Origin: Chloroflexota bacterium
GTDB lineage: Bacteria; Chloroflexota; UBA11872
Direction: 5' to 3'
Assembly (NCBI GenBank): GCA_022824865.1
Contig: JAJDZD010000069.1
Coordinates: forward strand, 495-64,494
DNA: 64,000 nt
Below are positions 58,931 through 64,000 of this stretch, piece by piece (the stretch's first letter is position 1; every line of letters starts with the position of its first letter). The notes under the pieces were generated by a model that did not search any database, was not told where the DNA came from, and was given only the letters and a program-made list of their open reading frames with translations. Both the position numbers and the translations under genes were made by a program.

Positions 58931-59022
58931 CGTGGCAGGCGTCGCATACTCGCGTCAGTATGAAGGAGACTTGCCGAATGCGCGCAGTTCGCCGGCCCAA
59001 TAGCCGCTCGTTGATCTGATCC

Positions 59023-59742
59023 ATGAAATCCATCTCGTTCCAATGGACGCCCGGCGTTGAAAACTGGGAGGCCGAAACGGTCGTCTCCACCATCGCGCAC
59101 GTGCAGGAAGTCGCCCTGGTCCTGGGCCAGCGCGCTGGGTTCAGCGTGGAGCGTGGGCAGCTGCGGCCGTTCGGGACCTGGGTGATTCCGCAGCTTCCCC
59201 GCGGATCGCCCTACTGGAGCACCCTTTGGTACGTGGAACAAAGCCTCGACAAGGACAGCGGCCAGATCGTCGGACCTCGCTTCATCCGCACGCTTGAGCA
59301 GGAACCTTGGCAGCAGGCCGGGCCGCACTACGACGTGGCCATCCTGGACCATGACCTGCGGGACGCCTCCGAGCACAACATCTCGCCGCAGAGCGATCCG
59401 CACGTCTTCGCCAGCTGCCGGCCGGATCTGGCCGCCGTGATGTCGGTGCACCGTCTGCGTGCCATCACGCAGACGTCGCAGCGGCAGACCGCGTTGCGGC
59501 GGCTGGCCATCAACGCCTTTGGCCAGGTGCTCGAACTTCCCGCGGCCGACCGTCAAACCAACGTGGAGATGGCCCTCGGCAGGCTGGGCTGCCTGAACCG
59601 CTGCGCGCTGCGCTTCGCGCCGGACGTGGGGCAGTTGCTGGACTTCGCCCAGGAAGAACACGAAACCCGCACCATCTACTGCGCCGAATGCACCGCCGAC
59701 CTGCTCAACCACGTCATCCGCACGCACTTTCACCCGAACTAG
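59023..59742 (+). CDS. hypothetical protein with C-terminal CxxxC...CxxC cysteine cluster
   Basis: 239 aa of diverse composition. The opposite-strand 366 aa ORF is Arg/Ser-rich shadow. It is 13 nt upstream of the GCS2 gene. Confidence 0.5.
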   Translation: MKSISFQWTPGVENWEAETVVSTIAHVQEVALVLGQRAGFSVERGQLRPFGTWVIPQLPRGSPYWSTLWYVEQSLDKDSGQIVGPRFIRTLEQEPWQQAGPHYDVAILDHDLRDASEHNISPQSDPHVFASCRPDLAAVMSVHRLRAITQTSQRQTALRRLAINAFGQVLELPAADRQTNVEMALGRLGCLNRCALRFAPDVGQLLDFAQEEHETRTIYCAECTADLLNHVIRTHFHPN

Positions 59743-59755
59743 GCGCCACGCTGAT

Positions 59756-60931
59756 GTGTACGAAGTGGTTGCGAAGATTGAGGGGTTGGGCCACTCGATG
59801 ATTAAGCTGGGCATCGAAGAGGAGTTCTTCCTCGTCGACCCCGAGTCCCGCGACCTCCTGGCCGATCCCGATGTCCGCATCTTCGAGGCCTGCGAGGCCC
59901 ATGGCGGCCCGCACAAGTTCGTCAGGGAATTCCTGCGCACCCAGATCGAGTCCAACTCCCGCGTCTGCGATTCCGTGGCCGACGTCCGAACCGCGCTGCT
60001 CGAGACGCGCCGCGTCGTCATCCAGGCCGCCGAGACCTACGGCGCCGCCGTCATGGCCGCCTCAACCCACCCGTTCGCCGACTGGAAGGAACAGGCCCCC
60101 ACGCCCCGCGAGCGCTACGAGCGCTTCGTCGTCACCTTTCAGGACAGCGTCCGTCGATTCCTGATCAGCGGCATGCACATCCACGCCGGCTTCGGCGATC
60201 CCGATTCGCGCATCCGCGTCATGACCGCTGTCCGGCGCTATCTGCCCGTCCTCCACGCGCTCTCCGCCTCGTCGCCCTTTGTCGAAGGTCGCGAAACCGG
60301 CTTCAAGTCCTTCCGCCTCAATCTCATGACCAACCTCCCCCGCACCGGCCTGCCGGGCCCGCTGCAGTCCCGCGCCGAGTTCGACCGGCTGGTCGCCGAC
60401 TACCAGCGCATGGACTTCATCGGCGACGCCAGCGAGCTCTGGTGGGACATCCGCCCCTCCGGCAAGTTCCCAACCATCGAAATGCGCATCGGCGACGTCT
60501 GCACCCGCATCGACGACGCCATGTGCATCGTCGCCCTCTACGCCTCCCTCGTCCGCTACCTGCTCCGGCAGGACCAGGCCGGCAAGCTCCCGCCCGAACC
60601 GCCCACCGAGATCATTGCCGAGAACCGCTGGCTCGCCCAGCGCTACGGCGTGCTGGCCTTCTTCGGTAACGAGCAGGGCGGCGGCCGCAAGGACATCATC
60701 GACGTCACCGAAGAACTCGTGGACACGCTCACCGACGACGCTCAAGCCCTCGGCTGCGAGCCCGAATTGCGCCACGCCCTCACCATCATCACCGAAGGCA
60801 CCGGCGCCGACCGCCAGGTCGACCTCTACCGCCTGAGACGCCTCGAAGGCGACACCCACGAAGAGTCCCTCCACCAGGTCGTCGACCACGTCCTCGCCGA
60901 AACCCGCGCCAGCATCAACCCCACGGCCTGA
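59756..60931 (+). CDS. glutamate--cysteine ligase family 2 (YbdK-type carboxylate-amine ligase)
   Basis: IKLGIEEEFFLVD corresponds to the YbdK motif TLGIELEMQVV. Family blocks GMHIHAG and WWDIRP. Start may be GTG 59756 or ATG 59798 (the latter has GAGGGG upstream). Confidence 0.85.
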   Translation: MYEVVAKIEGLGHSMIKLGIEEEFFLVDPESRDLLADPDVRIFEACEAHGGPHKFVREFLRTQIESNSRVCDSVADVRTALLETRRVVIQAAETYGAAVMAASTHPFADWKEQAPTPRERYERFVVTFQDSVRRFLISGMHIHAGFGDPDSRIRVMTAVRRYLPVLHALSASSPFVEGRETGFKSFRLNLMTNLPRTGLPGPLQSRAEFDRLVADYQRMDFIGDASELWWDIRPSGKFPTIEMRIGDVCTRIDDAMCIVALYASLVRYLLRQDQAGKLPPEPPTEIIAENRWLAQRYGVLAFFGNEQGGGRKDIIDVTEELVDTLTDDAQALGCEPELRHALTIITEGTGADRQVDLYRLRRLEGDTHEESLHQVVDHVLAETRASINPTA

Positions 60932-60974
60932 CAATGGCTTGCGAGCCCTTCGGATCCCGGTGCACGTCTCCGGC

Positions 60975-61223
60975 TCAGCTAGCGTCGCCTAACCCGAGCT
61001 CCCGGTCGCGCCGCCTCCGTTCCTCGGCAATCAGCGTCGCCGCGTCAACGCCAAGGTCAGTCTTCGGGAGCCGAGCAATCCGCTGGGGCCACTCCAACTG
61101 CGCCAACTCCCGCTCCAGGGCACTAATGACAACCGAACTCATCGTGCGGTCGTTCTCGCGGGCATACCGCCGAAGACGTTCATACACGTCGTCCGGGATG
61201 TTCCGAACATGCAGATTGCCCAT
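60975..61223 (-). CDS. ribbon-helix-helix protein, FitA/VapB-like antitoxin fold, with no adjacent toxin
   Basis: MGNLHVRNIPDDVYERLRRYARENDRTMSSVVISALEREL matches the FitA/Arc-type RHH antitoxin N-terminus. No PIN or other toxin ORF in the 150 bp upstream or the 44 bp downstream. Confidence 0.6.
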   Translation of the reverse strand: MGNLHVRNIPDDVYERLRRYARENDRTMSSVVISALERELAQLEWPQRIARLPKTDLGVDAATLIAEERRRRDRELGLGDAS

Positions 61224-61374
61224 GCCACGAGACTAGCCCGAAATGCAGATGCGCATTGGCGCACGACACCGTGACCACTGCGCGAGCCCTGCACAATGAG
61301 CCGTCCAGACTCGAAATCCCAGCCGAACCACGACTGAGGCTCGATAGCTGACGCCCATTGGCCGAACACTTCCG

Positions 61375-62559
61375 ATGTCCAACCCCAACGTCACCCCCCT
61401 CGCCCAGACCTTCACCATCGCCGCCCAGGTCCCCGACCCCAGCCTCTACTTCTTCCACGACCCCAACCTCGCCCGCCTCGACGACGGAATCCTGATCGTC
61501 GCCGCCCCCCAGTGGGGCCGCCGACACACCAACCTCGGAAGGTCCCTGCGCATCGTCCGCAGCACCGACGGCGGCCAAACCTGGACCGACCTGCCAACCC
61601 TCCCCTACGAGGAGGGCCGCCCCTTCGTCGTCGACGGCCAGCTCCTCATGTTCGTCCAGGAGCGCTCCCACGGCGACTTCCAGATCGTCGCCAGCGACGA
61701 CCGCGGCGAATCCTGGACCGAGCCCATCACCGTCCTCCAGGGCCCCCTCTGGAACATCTCAACCGCCCAGGTCATCCGCCCCGACGCGCTCTACTGGGCC
61801 ATGGACCACGACTCGTCGGGCATCGACTACAAGGGCAAAGTCATGGTCCGCTGGGATCGCACCCGTTCGGCCTTCGACCCTGACGCTTGGTCCATCTCCA
61901 ACGTCGTGCCTCCGCCGGAAGTCCCCGACGCCCTCACCCGCGGCCTATTCCCCGTGGACGACCGCCCCGAGATCTACCTCGGCTGGCCCTCGCCCTTCGT
62001 CTGGCTGGAGCCCAACACCGTCCAGGTCGCCGGCCGCATCCGCGTCTTCGTCCGCGCGATCATCGACGAAAACGCCACCGCCAACATCGCCGCCGTCCTC
62101 GACTACGACGAAGCGGCCAACCAGCTCAGCTTCAGCCAGTTCGCGTCCTGGCCCGGTGGCCAGTGCAAGTTCTTCATCCTCCACGACCGGCCCAACCGCA
62201 TGTACTGGATGCTCAGCAACCTCGTCACCAACTCCCAGGACCTCCTCGGCTGGGGCCACCGCATGCGCGAGACCGGCTTCACCGGCGGCCCCGGCAACGA
62301 GCGCCGCTGGCTCTTCCTCCACTACGGCATCGACTGTCTCAACTGGTTCCCCGCCGGCTGCGTCGCCCGCTGGCCCGACCCCGTCCACCGCAGCTTCATG
62401 TACCCCAGCGCCGCCATCGATGGCGACGACCTCGTCATCCTCTCCCGCACCAGCCGCGACGCCGAAAACCAGCACGACGCCGACCTCTGCACCATCCACC
62501 GCATCCCCAACTTCCGCACCCTCGCCATGGATCTCCATCGCGGCGGACTGACGCACTAG
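61375..62559 (+). CDS. BNR-repeat glycoside hydrolase (sialidase/exo-alpha-sialidase-like beta-propeller)
   Basis: BNR Asp-box motifs STDGGQTW and SDDRGESW. 394 aa propeller-like. No signal peptide noticed. Confidence 0.7.
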   Translation: MSNPNVTPLAQTFTIAAQVPDPSLYFFHDPNLARLDDGILIVAAPQWGRRHTNLGRSLRIVRSTDGGQTWTDLPTLPYEEGRPFVVDGQLLMFVQERSHGDFQIVASDDRGESWTEPITVLQGPLWNISTAQVIRPDALYWAMDHDSSGIDYKGKVMVRWDRTRSAFDPDAWSISNVVPPPEVPDALTRGLFPVDDRPEIYLGWPSPFVWLEPNTVQVAGRIRVFVRAIIDENATANIAAVLDYDEAANQLSFSQFASWPGGQCKFFILHDRPNRMYWMLSNLVTNSQDLLGWGHRMRETGFTGGPGNERRWLFLHYGIDCLNWFPAGCVARWPDPVHRSFMYPSAAIDGDDLVILSRTSRDAENQHDADLCTIHRIPNFRTLAMDLHRGGLTH

Positions 62560-62836
62560 CCTCCAGGCAGTAGCCGTTCCCCCTCCTCATTTGTGTGTGG
62601 CGGCAGCCTGGCCATATGGCCCGCTGGTCAAGTAGGCGCGAGGTGCGCGTGCGCGGTGTCAATCTCTTCAAGGCGACGCCGCTCTTCACCCTCTCCTGGG
62701 GGAGAGGCAGATTCGGGCGTCTTCGGCCGAAATCGGTGAGGGGTCTTCCGGGCAACCGGCCTCGGATCAGGCAAAGGCCTCTTCGTGGCTGAGTTTCGAC
62801 GCCGCATCTCTCCCGAGAGTCCGCCGCGTCGCTTCG

Positions 62837-63037
62837 CTAGACCGTCTCGAACTCCAAAGCCGACAGGTTAAGGTCCGAGGACCGCTTCGAAAGGTGCAGC
62901 AATTCCACGCCCACCACTTCATTCGCCTCGTTGTAGTCCAGCACGACACCCGGCGAAACTTCCTCCGACTCGACAATCTCCGAGTCGTCCAGGCGCAAGT
63001 ACAGCGCGTCCGCCTCTCGATCCACGTTCAGCTTCAT
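62837..63037 (-). CDS. DUF2283 family small protein
   Basis: DREADALYLRL...GVVLDYNEANEVVGVELLHLSKR fits the DUF2283 pattern. Its ATG overlaps the stop of a short upstream ORF (ATGA). Confidence 0.55.
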   Translation of the reverse strand: MKLNVDREADALYLRLDDSEIVESEEVSPGVVLDYNEANEVVGVELLHLSKRSSDLNLSALEFETV

Positions 63038-63221
63038 AGCTCACCTCGCATGCCACGATCAAAGAATACGCTGACCACTCGCCACGTCCCATCGTCAATC
63101 GCGCCTTCGGCTCCCTCGCCATGAGCCTCCATCAGGGCGGGCTTGCCCACTAACGCGTGCGATTGGCGTCGCCCGGTACGGTGGTGAGCAGACTCCGTCT
63201 AATCCCATCAAGGAGAACAGG

Positions 63222-63611
63222 ATGCTCACCAAAGCCACGTTCAAGATCATCAACTGGGACGAAGAACCCTTCGACGAACCGGAAGACGGCCCGAAACTCA
63301 CCCGCGCGCACATCAACAAGTCCTTCCACGGCGATCTCTCCGGAACCGGCAACCTCATGTACCTGATGACCCACTTCGACGATGGCACCGCCTCCTTCAT
63401 CGGTTTCGAGAAGGTCATCGGTAGCCTGGGCGGTCGCACCGGCAGCTTTGTCCTGCAACACGCGGGCACCTACGACGGCGAAACGGCTACTGCCGACTAC
63501 GAAGTCGTCCCAGGCTCCGGCACCAACCAGCTAACCGGTCTCACCGGCACCGGCCATTTCTCCGCAGGCCACGCCGAGCAACACGACCTGACGCTGGACT
63601 ACGAGCTATAG
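63222..63611 (+). CDS. DUF3224 family protein
   Basis: 129 aa. The KSFHGDLSGTG...GRTGSFVLQHAGTY pattern recalls DUF3224. AAGGAGAA RBS 5 nt before the ATG. Confidence 0.55.
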   Translation: MLTKATFKIINWDEEPFDEPEDGPKLTRAHINKSFHGDLSGTGNLMYLMTHFDDGTASFIGFEKVIGSLGGRTGSFVLQHAGTYDGETATADYEVVPGSGTNQLTGLTGTGHFSAGHAEQHDLTLDYEL

Positions 63612-63706
63612 CTCGCGTCCAGGTTCGCTGATTCCCTCAGTCCATTGGCCGTCCGGACACCACCCGGCGTCATGGAAACCAGGAGCGGACACCGCGAGTC
63701 GCTGGG

Positions 63707-64000
63707 CTACTGCGGTAAGTCCGGTGGCGTGTCCTTCTGGCGAATACGTCGGACGATGGACTGGCCGCCCTTGCCGATCCCACGGCCGCCCTTACCGATT
63801 CCACGTGCCGCGAGCACAAGGGCGGGTAAGACGATCGGGAGGACTTTCAGCAGCGTTTCCCAGGCGGTCTTGAGTAGCTCCCAGAGAACCTTGACTAGGC
63901 CGCCAGCGAGTTTGGCGACGGTCTTGAGCACCTCCCAGAGGACCTTCACCAGGTTAGTAGCCAGCTTGAAGACGGCATTCAGAAGGGCCCAGATGCCGAG
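63707..64000 (-). CDS. repeat-containing amphipathic helical small protein, partial (N-terminus beyond the window end)
   Basis: The ORF is open to the window edge. It has 18-residue tandem repeats (LVKVLWEVLKTVAKLAGG / LVKVLWELLKTAWETLLK) and a duplicated GIGKGGR heptad. The DNA shows about 54 nt and 21 nt tandem repeats. Confidence 0.4.
   Translation of the reverse strand, partial: LGIWALLNAVFKLATNLVKVLWEVLKTVAKLAGGLVKVLWELLKTAWETLLKVLPIVLPALVLAARGIGKGGRGIGKGGQSIVRRIRQKDTPPDLPQ
63764..63805. repeat. perfect-to-near-perfect 21 nt tandem duplication (GCCGCCCTTRCCGATYCCACG x2) inside the terminal ORF
   Basis: Seen directly in sequence. Encodes GIGKGGR-GIGKGGQ on the minus strand. Confidence 0.8.
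63865..63950. repeat. imperfect 54 nt (18-codon) tandem repeat inside the terminal ORF
   Basis: cggtcttgagtagctcccagagaaccttgac and cggtcttgagcacctcccagaggaccttcac lie 54 nt apart. Confidence 0.7.

Noticed and set aside
58921-60021. 366 aa minus-strand ORF overlapping the 59023-59742 gene
   Set aside because: Arg/Ser-rich composition. The plus-strand ORF has balanced composition and good spacing to the downstream GCS2 gene.
60062-60934. 290 aa minus-strand ORF antisense to the GCS2 gene
   Set aside because: Gly/Ala/Val/Asp repetitive shadow. GCS2 motifs are on the plus strand.
61180-61671. 163 aa minus-strand ORF upstream of the RHH gene, considered as a possible toxin partner
   Set aside because: Overlaps the BNR-hydrolase N-terminus in antisense and is Gly/Ala-rich. 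No PIN/RelE-like motifs.
62660-62700. Perfect hairpin CCCTCTCC-TGGG-GGAGAGG as an intrinsic terminator for the BNR hydrolase or DUF2283 gene
   Set aside because: It lies about 110 nt from either stop codon and has no U-tract on either strand. It may still be a structural or REP-like element.

Overview
This 64 kb window is high-G+C DNA, roughly high-60s % by eye. Coding density and codon bias look like a chromosomal region of a high-GC Terrabacteria-type bacterium (Actinomycetota or Chloroflexota-like); I cannot assign a genus from sequence alone. About 60 protein genes are supportable. There are five tRNAs: Val-CAC, Asn-GTT, Trp-CCA, Leu-CAA and Gln-CTG. I found no rRNA, CRISPR array, IS element or transposase, and no obvious prophage. 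Housekeeping anchors are groEL (with no adjacent groES), gltX, argS, pyrF, pheA, moeA, the pncA-pncB NAD salvage pair, and a split nitrilase/nadE pair. The rest is mostly accessory metabolism: four Gfo/Idh/MocA oxidoreductases (two in tandem), two sugar-phosphate isomerases, two tandem orphan lipoprotein solute-binding proteins, a dimethylglycine-dehydrogenase-like gene next to a lower-GC GcvT-family gene, csoR-copA plus ferritin, and several hydrolases and GNATs. The stretches most worth follow-up are: (i) a tRNA-bounded islet carrying a RelB/ParD-RelE/ParE type II toxin-antitoxin module and two GNATs; (ii) a JAMM/MPN metalloprotease next to a LarE-like PP-loop ATPase and an SMP-30 protein, a possible sulfur-carrier or cofactor-maturation module with no visible ThiS/MoaD partner; (iii) a translationally coupled HAD-NUDIX-unknown-oxidoreductase operon; (iv) two large overlapping hypothetical genes with possible actin-fold ATPase signatures; (v) an unknown gene next to a GCS2 carboxylate-amine ligase, plus an orphan ribbon-helix-helix antitoxin-like gene; (vi) a low-GC gene-poor islet at 4.8-5.9 kb; and (vii) a repeat-built amphipathic small protein running off the 3' edge. 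All functional calls rest on motifs and family resemblance read by eye. No database searches were run. Start codons are often ambiguous, because the ORF track uses GTG/TTG starts.
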